The notes: generated by a model from the sequence alone, not told the origin. Positions 11,391 to 21,993 are shown, counted from the first letter of the stretch. The stretch is DNA of 64,000 bases from Bdellovibrionota bacterium (GCA_965207455.1 CBDBMJ010000001.1:960001-1024000); one strand, 5' to 3'. Translations and numbers: made by a program.

Positions 11391-12262
11391 AATCAAATCT
11401 CATGGTAACAGAAGTTGTTGAGGATTTTATGAAAATCAGCTATCATGCAGAAAAAATTCTTTTCTCTGATAAAAGCGAATTTCAAAAAGTGGAGATTGTA
11501 CAAACTAAAAAGTTTGGTCGTATGCTATTTAACGATAATCTTTTAATGATTTCTGAATTGGACGAACATATTTATCACGACATGATTGCCCATGTACCGA
11601 TTTTCACTCACCCCAATCCCCGATCCGTTCTTATTATTGGAGGAGGTGATGGAGGCACGCTAAGAGAAGTGCTCCGCCATAAAAATATAGATGAAGTGGT
11701 AATGGTAGAGATTGACAAAATGGTAGTGGATGCTTGCAAGAAATATATCCCACAAACATCGGCATCTATGGATAACTCGCGAGCCCAAGTGCTCATCGAT
11801 GATGGTGTGCAATACATGAGCCAAACTGAAAAACAATTCGACCTTATTATTATAGATTCCACAGACCCCATTGGACCAGCAACTCCTCTTTTTGGTAAAG
11901 AGTTTTATAAAAATGTAAATCGAGTACTAAGGGATGATGGAATTGTGGTTGCCCAAGGAGAATCTCCCCATTATTGTACAGAAATTCAACGTTCTTTATT
12001 AAAAATACAATCTGAAATTTTCCCTCTATGTCATGTGTATAACTTCACAAATTTGACCTATCCTGGTGGACTATGGAGCTTTACCCTATCATCTAAAAAA
12101 TATAGCCCTATCAAAGATGTCAGTTTTAATCGAATAGAGGAGAGTGGATTGGATTTTTCCTACTACAGCTATCTTGTACATAAAGCGAGTTTTTGCTTAC
12201 CCAACTTTATGCTAAAAAACCTTTCCGACTTCCTCACACCAGTTGAAAAAAATAAATTTTAG
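11387..12262 (+). CDS. speE: Spermidine synthase (polyamine aminopropyltransferase)
   Basis: VLIIGGGDGG, IIIDSTDP, TYPGGLW; probable TTG start overlapping the speD stop, with GGAGG at 11375. Confidence 0.93.
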   Translation: MKSNLMVTEVVEDFMKISYHAEKILFSDKSEFQKVEIVQTKKFGRMLFNDNLLMISELDEHIYHDMIAHVPIFTHPNPRSVLIIGGGDGGTLREVLRHKNIDEVVMVEIDKMVVDACKKYIPQTSASMDNSRAQVLIDDGVQYMSQTEKQFDLIIIDSTDPIGPATPLFGKEFYKNVNRVLRDDGIVVAQGESPHYCTEIQRSLLKIQSEIFPLCHVYNFTNLTYPGGLWSFTLSSKKYSPIKDVSFNRIEESGLDFSYYSYLVHKASFCLPNFMLKNLSDFLTPVEKNKF

Positions 12263-12277
12263 GTTAGGCTATATTCA

Positions 12278-12997
12278 ATGGCAGGTCATTCTAAATGGGC
12301 AAATATTAAAAGACGTAAAGGCGATCAGGATGCCAGACGAGGTTCTATTTGGACTAAAGTAAGTCGAGAAATCACTGTTGCCACACGCATTGCTGGCAAG
12401 GACGGAAACCCTCGATTGCGAGATGCTATAGCCCTTGCCAAAACCCATAATATGCCCAAAGACACCATACAGCGTGCCATCTTGCGTGGTGCTGGAGAAT
12501 TGGAAGGCTTAGAATATGAGGAAATTACTTATGAGGGTTACGGTCCAGGTGGTGCAGCTATTTTTATTGAAACAACAACGGACAATAAGAATCGAACCAT
12601 AGCAGACCTGCGCAATATTTTTTCCAGGCATGGGGGAAATATGGGAGAAAATGGCTCCGTTTCTTGGATGTTCACAAAAAAAGGATTTTTGGAAATAGAT
12701 AAGAAAAATATAGAAGAAGAAGAATTATTTGAAATCGCCATTGACCTAGGGGCAGACGGATTTCAAAGCACGCAAAATACCTACTCCATAACTTGTGAAC
12801 CAAATAAGCTCTCCAACTTAAGGGAAGGTTTAGAAAAAAAATATGAAATTTCCAGATTTGAAATGATTGCAGAGCCGTCCACAACAGTAGATATGGAAAA
12901 AGAAGTAGTAGAAAAAATATTAAAACTTCTTGAATCACTGGAAGATCACGATGATGTACAGAGGGTTCATACTAACGCAAATTTTCCAGACAGCTAG
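12278..12997 (+). CDS. yebC: YebC/PmpR family protein
   Basis: MAGHSKWANIK, YEGYGPGG, TDNKNRT, LEDHDDVQ. Confidence 0.95.
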   Translation: MAGHSKWANIKRRKGDQDARRGSIWTKVSREITVATRIAGKDGNPRLRDAIALAKTHNMPKDTIQRAILRGAGELEGLEYEEITYEGYGPGGAAIFIETTTDNKNRTIADLRNIFSRHGGNMGENGSVSWMFTKKGFLEIDKKNIEEEELFEIAIDLGADGFQSTQNTYSITCEPNKLSNLREGLEKKYEISRFEMIAEPSTTVDMEKEVVEKILKLLESLEDHDDVQRVHTNANFPDS

Positions 12998-13000
12998 TTT

Positions 13001-14128
13001 TTATTGAGCTAAACGAATTACATTTTTTTCCACATCGATGAGCAATATGGAACAATCCTGAGGTAATCGAGAATGGGCTTGCTTTAAAGCAAAATTCAAC
13101 TCGCTAATAATTGTCTCTGGATCTTGTATCTGTATGGTTTTAAAAAAATCTGAAAACTGCTGTCCTATCCCTTCATCAAAACCATCGGATCGAATAATTA
13201 AGCGATCTGCTGGATTGAGGCAAAGAGTATTAGAGTTCAATTGTACTTCATTCACTTTTCGAAAAAGATTATTTTCTCCTTGGTGGAAATACTGTCTATC
13301 TCCATTCTCATCTTGGTGTTCTAGAAATATATTCCCACGAACCACATACTCCATATTATATGTTCTTTTATCAATCACTCCATAGAAAATAGAAAATCCA
13401 TCATTTTCTTTCATGGAATCTTGTATTGATTGATGGAGATATGAAACTGTAGCTCTTGGATCACTAAATTCTCCATTTTTGAGATTTGCGGGAAGAGTCA
13501 TCATGGAATACAAAAAAGCAGAGGACAGCCTATAACTAGAGAAATCCACAAGCAAAATACCCACATTATTTTTTCCCTTAAATTCAAAAACATCAAAATA
13601 ATCTCCTCCACTACGAAGTCCACTCCAATATTTTCCACTCACACTTAAACCATTGATAGGAGGAAAAGTATTTTTAATGAAATGCCGTTGGATTTTTTGA
13701 GCGAAAAGAATATCTTCTTCCATCTTCTGTATCACCTCAGTAATATTTTCTCCACCAATTTGATGTAATAATTTAAAATTATAATGCCAACGAATACAGT
13801 TTAGAAGCTCCAATCTTCGGAATGGGGAAGTAATAATATCATCCACAATACCTTCATTTAAAAGCAAAGGAAGGTTATCTCTATTTAAATTATCATTTAG
13901 TAATAAAAAAAATGTAGGTCGATTTTCCTTAGGTAAAAAATTACTAACCTGTTCAGCTATTCCTTCTTCTGCAATAATAATATCTGGCTTTTCTGATTCC
14001 AATTGCTCCTTCATCTTTCTAATATTCTTAGAAATTCCAATACAATTAATAGGACAATTATTTGCTAGCTTTTCTATTTCTGTATATAATTCTTCTGGAA
14101 TCACTGCTAATTTCAGTACTTCTTGCAC
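13001..14128 (-). CDS. PP2C/SpoIIE-family Ser/Thr phosphatase with degenerate receiver-like N-terminus
   Basis: AQKIQ, SGGDYFDV, SDGFDE, QDCSILLI motifs. Confidence 0.8.
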   Translation of the reverse strand: MQEVLKLAVIPEELYTEIEKLANNCPINCIGISKNIRKMKEQLESEKPDIIIAEEGIAEQVSNFLPKENRPTFFLLLNDNLNRDNLPLLLNEGIVDDIITSPFRRLELLNCIRWHYNFKLLHQIGGENITEVIQKMEEDILFAQKIQRHFIKNTFPPINGLSVSGKYWSGLRSGGDYFDVFEFKGKNNVGILLVDFSSYRLSSAFLYSMMTLPANLKNGEFSDPRATVSYLHQSIQDSMKENDGFSIFYGVIDKRTYNMEYVVRGNIFLEHQDENGDRQYFHQGENNLFRKVNEVQLNSNTLCLNPADRLIIRSDGFDEGIGQQFSDFFKTIQIQDPETIISELNFALKQAHSRLPQDCSILLIDVEKNVIRLAQ

Positions 14129-15204
14129 TATAATTTCCTCCCATAATAGAAAACAAACCTGCGATCTAATACTTCACGATAGTTTTTTGGGTCCAACTCT
14201 TCCCCATAAGTAGTAATATCAAAACTGTTATTTTTTCCATGGAATCCTATCCCACCTGACACATACCCTCTACCCAATCCAACACGAAAAGAAGTACTGT
14301 GGCGAATCTCTAACTCTAACCCTAGATTTAATCTTCGTCGTCTATCCAATCCCGTATTCTTATTTATATCTCGAAAATCGGCAACAAAATTTAGCTTTGC
14401 TTTTCTTGAAATTTTAGGCTGAAAACTAAAACCTAAATCTACTGTCCTTACTTTTATATTATGAAGACGACCCTCATTTGCTACCAAAGATAGTACTTCT
14501 GTTCTATTGAGCTTTGTATCGCCTATATTTCGCAACACAACACCCAATGCTGGCAAGCCCCTGCTAGGGAAAGTCCAAATTAATCCAGCATCCAAACCAA
14601 GACCAAAACCTTTTCTAGGGTTAACCTTGTACCCAATATTAGAAAAATCAGTAATTCGTTCATTATTTTCAGCTGCTTGGATCGCACGCACTGCTATACC
14701 CAATTTCCATATACCATTGAATAATGGCATGGATAATCCTACAGTAGGAATTAAATAGTACTTAGAGTGATAGTAAAGCTCTCCAGCTTCATTCTTAATG
14801 GCCCCAACATCTACTCTAGTTAAAATACCAAATGAAAGATAGGTACTAGAAACATTGGGATATATGGAAAAACCAGAAGAAGTGGCTTGATCCCTGTTCT
14901 CATCCAATAACGGTAAAGCTTTCTCCAAATCAAGATACTTTAAAGTATCCGCTATACCCGAATTAAAATTTAGAGATGAAAAATGAAATTGTAAATCTAA
15001 AAATGTTGAACTAGGCTTTCGGATACTTGCTAACCCTGCTGGATTATAAAACATAGCCGCTGCCGGACTATCAACAAAAGCAATACCTGCATTCCCCATA
15101 GACAATGTGCGAGCAGTTGAGTACCATTCATTATTTGCACCTGAAAAAGCAATCAATGGAGAAAAAAAGAGGTAAATAAGAAAGAAGCATCTTGCCGGCA
15201 TCAT
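14128..15204 (-). CDS. Outer-membrane beta-barrel protein (TraF/FadL-like)
   Basis: Signal peptide, then RTLSMGNA...AMFYNPAGL; amphipathic strands. An alternative start at 15222 runs through a G10 tract. Confidence 0.65.
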   Translation of the reverse strand: MMPARCFFLIYLFFSPLIAFSGANNEWYSTARTLSMGNAGIAFVDSPAAAMFYNPAGLASIRKPSSTFLDLQFHFSSLNFNSGIADTLKYLDLEKALPLLDENRDQATSSGFSIYPNVSSTYLSFGILTRVDVGAIKNEAGELYYHSKYYLIPTVGLSMPLFNGIWKLGIAVRAIQAAENNERITDFSNIGYKVNPRKGFGLGLDAGLIWTFPSRGLPALGVVLRNIGDTKLNRTEVLSLVANEGRLHNIKVRTVDLGFSFQPKISRKAKLNFVADFRDINKNTGLDRRRRLNLGLELEIRHSTSFRVGLGRGYVSGGIGFHGKNNSFDITTYGEELDPKNYREVLDRRFVFYYGRKL

Positions 15205-15359
15205 AATTATCCCCCCCCCCATAATATTCCATTATCAGTGATTTTCTAAAAAAACCCCAGAAAAATAGTTTAAAGGTCAGATAAGTTCTCAGAGATACAC
15301 GGTATCTTAAGCTTTAGTTTAGTGTATTTGTTTCCGATAGGACATTTGAGGCTAGAAAT

Positions 15360-16040
15360 ATGAAAGCAATAAAAAATCAGAAAAGTAGGAAAACTACAAA
15401 GACCAATGTACTTGCTTTTCGAAAAGTCTCTTCTTTATTAAAAATCCAAGAGTTTTTACCAACTATACTAAGCTGCCTAGAGGAAAAAGATTCCTATACC
15501 TATGGCCATTCTCTTCGCGTAGCAGAGTATTGCACCATACTGTCTTTAGCCGTGGGATTGAGTGAAAAACAAACAAAAGCACTGCAAATATCAGCTCTAC
15601 TACATGATATTGGAAAAATTGGCATCCCTGATAGTGTGCTTCTTAAACCATCTCAACTAACAAAGTCGGAGTTTGAAATCATGAAAAGCCATCCTACTCG
15701 TGGAGCAAAAATTATGCAAAAAGCAAAGGCTCCACAAAATATCATTGATAGCATACAACAGCATCATGAACGTATAGATGGCTTAGGCTACCCGGATGGT
15801 CTCTCAGGGGATAATATCTACCTATATGCCCGCATCATACTTATTGGAGATACCTTTGACGCTATGACATCCACCCGCCCCTACCGCCTCTCTCTTAGTC
15901 ACCAAACTGCTTTTAATGAATTAAAAAAATACGCAGGCACACAATTTGATGCCAAACTAGTGCACGCTTTTATAAAAGGAATGGAAGACAGATCGCTCCA
16001 AAAGAAAGCAGAAAATCTCATAATGAAAAAAATTGCCTAA
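15360..16040 (+). CDS. HD-GYP domain phosphodiesterase
   Basis: TYGHSLRV, LHDIGKIG, HHERIDGLGYPDG, RPYR. Confidence 0.93.
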   Translation: MKAIKNQKSRKTTKTNVLAFRKVSSLLKIQEFLPTILSCLEEKDSYTYGHSLRVAEYCTILSLAVGLSEKQTKALQISALLHDIGKIGIPDSVLLKPSQLTKSEFEIMKSHPTRGAKIMQKAKAPQNIIDSIQQHHERIDGLGYPDGLSGDNIYLYARIILIGDTFDAMTSTRPYRLSLSHQTAFNELKKYAGTQFDAKLVHAFIKGMEDRSLQKKAENLIMKKIA

Positions 16041-16093
16041 CTCTAATTATGCTATATACTGAAATCAGATATAGATAAAAGGAGGAATTGGAA

Positions 16094-16774
16094 ATGCCTA
16101 AACCCAAATTGCTAGTTGTTGGCACAGATGAAAATACAAGAAAAAATCTACTATATATCTTAGAAAAAAATTTTGAAACCATAGAAGCAAAAAATATAAT
16201 TATGGGCATTGACTACGCCCGAAACCAAAACCCAACACTCATTATTATAGATATTGTACCTCCCCATTTAGATGCCTTCAGTGCTTGTGACATGCTAAAA
16301 AAAGACTCGCAAACAAAGCATATTCCCATTATCACCCTATCCAGTAATACTAGACCAGACAATATCACAAAGGTATTTCAGCAAGTGGACGATTATATTA
16401 TCAAACCCTTTGATGTTGAAGAATTCCTTGCCCGTGTTAAAAATCGATTGCTAGTTGAAAAAAAGAAAAAAGAATCTTCAAAATCTCTTGTTGTGGGAGA
16501 TTTAAAAATTGACATCATAAAAAGAAATATTACTTTTAAAAAGAAATCTGTAAAGTTCACCCTTACAGAATTTGATATTCTATATCATTTAGTTCAAAAT
16601 ATTGGAGAAATAGTAACGAGAAGAAATATTATTAAATACGTAAAAGACAAAAGTAATAAAACAATAAATAATAGAACTATTGATGTTCATATACGAGCTA
16701 TACGGAAAAAATTACCTGAAATCTCCCAGCAATTACGATCTATCTATGGAAAAGGATATTCATATAATAAGTAA
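16094..16774 (+). CDS. OmpR/PhoB-family response regulator
   Basis: REC domain (IIIDI, DDYIIKPF) plus winged helix (LTEFDIL, RTIDVHIRAIRKKL, YGKGY). Confidence 0.9.
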   Translation: MPKPKLLVVGTDENTRKNLLYILEKNFETIEAKNIIMGIDYARNQNPTLIIIDIVPPHLDAFSACDMLKKDSQTKHIPIITLSSNTRPDNITKVFQQVDDYIIKPFDVEEFLARVKNRLLVEKKKKESSKSLVVGDLKIDIIKRNITFKKKSVKFTLTEFDILYHLVQNIGEIVTRRNIIKYVKDKSNKTINNRTIDVHIRAIRKKLPEISQQLRSIYGKGYSYNK

Positions 16775-16779
16775 TATCT

Positions 16780-18798
16780 TTAAAGATTCTTATCCACTTC
16801 AGTAATTCTGCCACTTCTAATTCTAATTTTTATTTCTGATTTATAATTTATATTGGTATTTTCAATAGTCACCGTATAATTACCCTCAGGCAGCTCATAC
16901 TTGTACTGTGGCGTATAAAGAGAAACAGGACTCCTAGCTGGATTTTCATGCCTTAATGTAATGTCAGCCCCTGGCTTAGTGAAAAAATTCAAAAATCCCA
17001 TTTTAGTTCTCCGAAAAGCTGGCTTAATTACCATAGAACCTTGCCGACCATTAAAATTATAAAGAATAGGATCATAACCTTTCTTTGATAAAATCACACT
17101 AGAAGCAATATTCCTTCTTATGGGAAATTGACTCTTTATTACCGGTGTTCTTATATTATTAACTTTAACTTTTAGGTTTTTAACCGATCCTCTAATTAAA
17201 ATATAATCAGAGTCATCCAATGCTGTGGACAAATTTTTACTGGAATCAACACTCTTTGAATTAGAGACAGCAGAAGAATCGTCAGTAGAAGAGGAATCAC
17301 CAAAACCAGACCGATCCTTTGGAAAAGCAATAACTCCATCAAGAACAGTATTTTGCGCATATTTGGTTATAAAGAAAAATGTACCTGGACTTATATGTGT
17401 AAAAGTAAAAAAGGAAAATAATAAAGCAATCAAAGAAACTAGCGCGAAATTATTTGATATAAAATCTGATATGAAAAAAGATTTTTTTCTTGAACTGTTA
17501 TTTCTTGAACGATCAGGCCCACTAAAAGTCCCAAAATTCTCTTTATCATTTTCAAAACAATCAGATTCACTGAAAACCTTGGAGTCATCTTTATCTCTAT
17601 CTTTTTCTTCTTCACTATTTTTCGAATCTGAGCTGATATTTTTGCTGATATTTTTTAAGTCAATATCTAAACCATAATCCTGTACTAAACTCCTAGATTT
17701 AGTTTGAACCATCTCCTGTATAACATCAATGGAAAATTTATGACCTGAACTTATCCCCTTTCTCTCCAGTTCAATCGTAGATTCTGAACTCTGTTCATCA
17801 GAATCTTCCAAAGATATTTTCAATGCAATTTGAAGTTTTCTCCTGTCTTTTTTAATTTCACCAGAAAATATTTTTGTAACTTGATAACTTAGATCTGCAG
17901 GATTAAATTTTGGATTATAGGAATATAAAACATTTTGAAGATCTCTCTGGAGCAAGTCCGCATCTTTGTATCGCTTATCACGATCCCTTTCTAAAACTTT
18001 CATAACAATGGCATCTAATTCAGAAGGAATAGAAGGATTGTATTTTGATGGCAGCTCAATTTCCTTGGATTGTATGTTCTGCAAGATAGCCATATCGTTC
18101 TTATCTAAAAATAAACGCTTGCAAGTAAGTAATTCCCATAATACTGTTCCTAAAGAAAAAATATCACTGCGACCATCTAACTCCATTCCCTTTGCTTGCT
18201 CCGGAGAAAGATACGCTGGTTTACCTTTAATGATACCTGCTTGAGTGACCTCAGAACTCTGAGCTTTTGCAATTCCGAAATCAAATAGTTTAACAGCTCC
18301 TTCATAACTAATCATAATATTCTGAGGAGAAACATCTCGGTGAATAATATTGGAATTTTTACCTGTCACTCGGTCACAATGGGAATGAGCATGCTTTAAG
18401 GCATGACAAACTTGAGAAATAATATAGCAAGACATATCAATGGGCAACATTAGCTTTTCATTAGCCAAGCCATTAAGAAACTCTCTGAGATTTCTACCCT
18501 CCACATACTCCATAACTAAAAAGGAAGATCCATCTATTCGAGAGTAATCATAAATTTGTATAATATTTGAGTGAGTTAAACCTGCAGTGATCTTAATTTC
18601 TTCTTCAAACATTCGAATGAAATCAGGATTTGTTGAATAATTAGCAATAATTTTTTTTACAGTTAAAATGCGCTCTGAACCATTACCTAAACTCTCAGTC
18701 AAGCAAGCACGAAAAACTTCAGCCATACCACCAATGGCAATAGAATTTAAAATGGTGTAGCGCCCAAATTTATATGGCTTGAAATTAGCTTTACTCAT
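16780..18798 (-). CDS. Membrane-anchored Hanks-type Ser/Thr protein kinase
   Basis: GGMAEV, IIHRDVSPQN, LFDFGIAK, YLSPEQ; one TM segment and an extracytoplasmic C-terminus. Confidence 0.92.
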   Translation of the reverse strand: MSKANFKPYKFGRYTILNSIAIGGMAEVFRACLTESLGNGSERILTVKKIIANYSTNPDFIRMFEEEIKITAGLTHSNIIQIYDYSRIDGSSFLVMEYVEGRNLREFLNGLANEKLMLPIDMSCYIISQVCHALKHAHSHCDRVTGKNSNIIHRDVSPQNIMISYEGAVKLFDFGIAKAQSSEVTQAGIIKGKPAYLSPEQAKGMELDGRSDIFSLGTVLWELLTCKRLFLDKNDMAILQNIQSKEIELPSKYNPSIPSELDAIVMKVLERDRDKRYKDADLLQRDLQNVLYSYNPKFNPADLSYQVTKIFSGEIKKDRRKLQIALKISLEDSDEQSSESTIELERKGISSGHKFSIDVIQEMVQTKSRSLVQDYGLDIDLKNISKNISSDSKNSEEEKDRDKDDSKVFSESDCFENDKENFGTFSGPDRSRNNSSRKKSFFISDFISNNFALVSLIALLFSFFTFTHISPGTFFFITKYAQNTVLDGVIAFPKDRSGFGDSSSTDDSSAVSNSKSVDSSKNLSTALDDSDYILIRGSVKNLKVKVNNIRTPVIKSQFPIRRNIASSVILSKKGYDPILYNFNGRQGSMVIKPAFRRTKMGFLNFFTKPGADITLRHENPARSPVSLYTPQYKYELPEGNYTVTIENTNINYKSEIKIRIRSGRITEVDKNL

Positions 18799-18954
18799 CT
18801 TATGCTACTCATCGGAGAATATTGAAAAATTCTTTAATTATTCTCCATACTATTTTGAAAAAACACAGGTTTTTTACCTGCTGCCGTGGGATGCCCTCTC
18901 CTCTTACTATATTCAACAACACGGTGGCAAGTGACAAACGTACTACAGCAAAAA

Positions 18955-19611
18955 TTAGTAATCTAATTTTACCCCAGCTAAAAGACCCTCACCAGTGGGA
19001 AGCATCGTAGAAGAAAAATTAGGATGGGTAGCCACAGCTTGGTTAAATGCCCTTAAATCTTGGACTACTTTTTTCTCCTGAGATGAAGCAATACCACCAA
19101 AGGCAAAGCAATTATCTGCCAATAACAAACCACCTGGTCGCAAATTTTCTAACGACCAGTAAAAATAAGCCAAGTAGTTTGCCTTATCCGCATCTATAAA
19201 AACTAAATCAAAGGGTCCTTCCTTTTCAATTGTCGGCAGAACTTTCAAGGCCTCTCCCTCTAGAATACGAACCCTGTTGCCACAGCCAGCTTTCTCAAAA
19301 TTATCCCTAGCCACCTCAATATGCTTCTTGCTCTTTTCCAACGTATAGAGATAACCATCATCTCCCATTCCCCGTAACAGGCAAATCCCAGAATAACCAG
19401 CCAGTGTTCCAAACTCCACTGCCTTTTTAGCACCGCACAGTCTGGCCAATACTTCCAAATGCCGCCCATCCATAGCCCCCACTTGAATCTCTGGCAAACC
19501 CGCCACCCGAGTGGCTTTCTTCACATCCATAAGCAAAGCATCCACAGGCATAAATAAATTCTCCACATAATTGGCTATCTCTTGTCCATTATCCATAAAA
19601 TCTTTGTCCAT
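18955..19611 (-). CDS. Class I SAM-dependent O-methyltransferase (caffeoyl-CoA OMT-like)
   Basis: VEFGTLAGYS, FDLVFIDADK, LRPGGLLLADN. Confidence 0.88.
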   Translation of the reverse strand: MDKDFMDNGQEIANYVENLFMPVDALLMDVKKATRVAGLPEIQVGAMDGRHLEVLARLCGAKKAVEFGTLAGYSGICLLRGMGDDGYLYTLEKSKKHIEVARDNFEKAGCGNRVRILEGEALKVLPTIEKEGPFDLVFIDADKANYLAYFYWSLENLRPGGLLLADNCFAFGGIASSQEKKVVQDLRAFNQAVATHPNFSSTMLPTGEGLLAGVKLDY

Positions 19612-19643
19612 TCTTCCTATCCCTGCTACACTCTCGGTTGACT

Positions 19644-20201
19644 ATGGCAAAAACACCATCCACCATGCTTGAAATTAACACAAAGGCACCCGACTTCCAA
19701 CTTCCAGACACGAATGGAAAAATATACTCCCTTAGGGATTTTAAAAATGCCCCCACCCTACTCGTAATGTTTATTTGCAACCATTGCCCTTTTGTAAAAC
19801 ATATTCGAGGGGAATTAGCGTCCATGGGAAAAGAGTACCAAAAGAAAGGCGCAGCAATTGTGGCCATTAACTCCAATGACTTTGAGCAATACCCCGAAGA
19901 CTCCCCTGCGAAAATGAAAGAAGAAATTGCAAACGCAGGCTATACCTTTCCCTATTTAGTGGACCAAACCCAAGCTGTAGCAAAAGCCTACAAAGCTGCT
20001 TGCACCCCGGATTTTTTCCTCTTTAATCATAATCAGGAACTCATCTATCGAGGACGACTGGACGACAGTAGCCCCGGGAACAACCAGCCCGTCACGGGAA
20101 AAGATTTACGAAGTGCCCTAGACCAAGCTCTCCAAAGAAAAGCACCCGAGTCCAAACAACTACCCAGTTGGGGCTGTAATATTAAGTGGCGCTCTTCTTA
20201 A
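19644..20201 (+). CDS. Thioredoxin-fold AhpC/TSA family protein
   Basis: MFICNHCPFV, AACTPDFFLF, GCNIKW. Confidence 0.9.
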   Translation: MAKTPSTMLEINTKAPDFQLPDTNGKIYSLRDFKNAPTLLVMFICNHCPFVKHIRGELASMGKEYQKKGAAIVAINSNDFEQYPEDSPAKMKEEIANAGYTFPYLVDQTQAVAKAYKAACTPDFFLFNHNQELIYRGRLDDSSPGNNQPVTGKDLRSALDQALQRKAPESKQLPSWGCNIKWRSS

Positions 20202-20756
20202 AATTGAAAGAAAATATTCATGGAAATAATTTCCTCGAGAAAGCTCGGGATGAAAAGCAGTGACGATATGGCGACCTTCCTCTAAAAAAACTACCTCTCC
20301 TTGGCAACGCCCAAGAACCTTTACCCCTTTTCCCCAGGACACAAATTTAGGCGCACGAATAAACAATCCATCCTGTGGATGGGGAAACTCACCCTCGATA
20401 ACCTCTAAAAAACTCTCTCGCTGCCTTCCATAAGCGTTTCGCTTCACCGTAATATCCATCCAAGAAAAAGGCCTAACTAATGATTCCTCCTCTACATCTT
20501 TAGCCATAAGAATAGACCCTGCACACACACCCCAAAAAGGAATCTCTTGCGCTTTTTCTTGTAAGCTATTTTCAAAACCCAATAGACGAATTAAACGACT
20601 GATAGTAGTACTCTCTCCTCCCGGCAATACCAAACCTTGAACCCCATTCAATTGACTGGGACGATTAATAGCAATGGCCTTTACACCTTGGAGCAAGTGA
20701 AAATGGTCAATATGGGCTTGCACACAACCCTGTAGAGCCAGAACCCCTACTAACAT
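20160..20756 (-). CDS. pdxT: PLP synthase glutaminase subunit PdxT
   Basis: GVLALQG, LPGGESTT, GVCAG, RNAYGRQ, FHPE. Confidence 0.94.
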   Translation of the reverse strand: MLVGVLALQGCVQAHIDHFHLLQGVKAIAINRPSQLNGVQGLVLPGGESTTISRLIRLLGFENSLQEKAQEIPFWGVCAGSILMAKDVEEESLVRPFSWMDITVKRNAYGRQRESFLEVIEGEFPHPQDGLFIRAPKFVSWGKGVKVLGRCQGEVVFLEEGRHIVTAFHPELSRGNYFHEYFLSILRRAPLNITAPTG

Positions 20757-21653
20757 TTACCAACCGCGGGAAGCTAGTCTGTCGGAAGGTATGATTTTTT
20801 TATTCTCCACACCACTCATGGGCTTGGGTAAGCCTGAGGCTGCTTCTAAAAGAGATGGCGCGTGATTAAACTGAGCCACTGCTTTTACAATAGCCTCTGC
20901 CCTTTTCCTAGCCTCCTCTGGAGTTCCCTCAGCAAAAATTCCAGAACCCACAAAAACAGACTCTGCTCCTAACTGCATCATCAGAGCTGCGTCGGCAGGT
21001 GTGGCCACTCCGCCAGCAGAAAAATTAGGAACGGGAAGGCGACCCATCGTAGCGGTTCGTTCCACTAAATCTAGGGGTGCTTGGAGTTCCTTAGCCATGG
21101 CATAACGCTCATGGGAGTCCTTTGTTTTTAAGGTTCGAATCTCACCCATCAAGCAACGCATATGCCTTACGGCTTCCAGCACGTCCCCAGTGCCTGCTTC
21201 TCCTTTTGTACGAATCAGGCTGGCACCCTCTGCAATTCGACGAAGGGCCTCTCCCAAATTTGTACAGCCACAAACAAAAGGCACCGTAAAGGCACGCTTA
21301 TCAATGTGGTGAACATCGTCGGCAGGTGTGAGCACCTCACTCTCATCAATAAAATCCACACCTAACTCTTCCAAGATCTGCGCCTCCACAAAGTGACCAA
21401 TTCTGCACTTTGCCATCACGGGAATACTCAGTGTTTCCATAATTTCTTTCACCATCTTTGGATCACTCATACGAGCCACTCCACCGTGCTGGCGAATGAG
21501 GCTGGGGATGCGTTCCAGTGCCATAACAGCAACGGCTCCTGCTTGCTCCGCAATCTTTGCCTGCTCCACATTCATAACGTCCATGATTACGCCACCTTTG
21601 AGCATCTCGGCTAAAGCTCTACCTTCAAAATTTTTTTCTACATTTGCTTCCAT
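20757..21653 (-). CDS. pdxS: PLP synthase subunit PdxS
   Basis: [38 protein letters not shown] terminus; start placed at MEANVE. Confidence 0.96.
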   Translation of the reverse strand: MEANVEKNFEGRALAEMLKGGVIMDVMNVEQAKIAEQAGAVAVMALERIPSLIRQHGGVARMSDPKMVKEIMETLSIPVMAKCRIGHFVEAQILEELGVDFIDESEVLTPADDVHHIDKRAFTVPFVCGCTNLGEALRRIAEGASLIRTKGEAGTGDVLEAVRHMRCLMGEIRTLKTKDSHERYAMAKELQAPLDLVERTATMGRLPVPNFSAGGVATPADAALMMQLGAESVFVGSGIFAEGTPEEARKRAEAIVKAVAQFNHAPSLLEAASGLPKPMSGVENKKIIPSDRLASRGW

Positions 21654-21771
21654 ATGTTTTCCTTTCTCCTCTACCCTTTGTACTCTAAGGACAAACATCC
21701 CTGCAAAGGAAAAAAACGATTTTCTCCTTTTTATTGTCAATATGGACGTTTACTTAGAGGCAATATGGAGT

Positions 21772-21993
21772 TTACGTAGAGGTTTGGGATAATTTTTCCC
21801 TGCGTTCTCGGATCTGTCCTGTCATTAAACCCATAGCAGCCGTCGCCTTTTCCAATTTAGACACAAGTATAGGATCGATATTGGGTGCCACCTTAATGTG
21901 ACTCACAACGGCGTCCACCATACCCAAAGCCACCATCAACGGACTGGAAATATCATGTAAAAACCTTCGCTCTTCTTTTAAATGTTCTATCAT
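21772..21993 (-). CDS. Small stand-alone histidine-kinase DHp (HisKA)-like protein
   Basis: H-box-like RFLHDISSPL followed by two helices; AGAGGGGG RBS upstream. Confidence 0.55.
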   Translation of the reverse strand: MIEHLKEERRFLHDISSPLMVALGMVDAVVSHIKVAPNIDPILVSKLEKATAAMGLMTGQIRERREKLSQTST

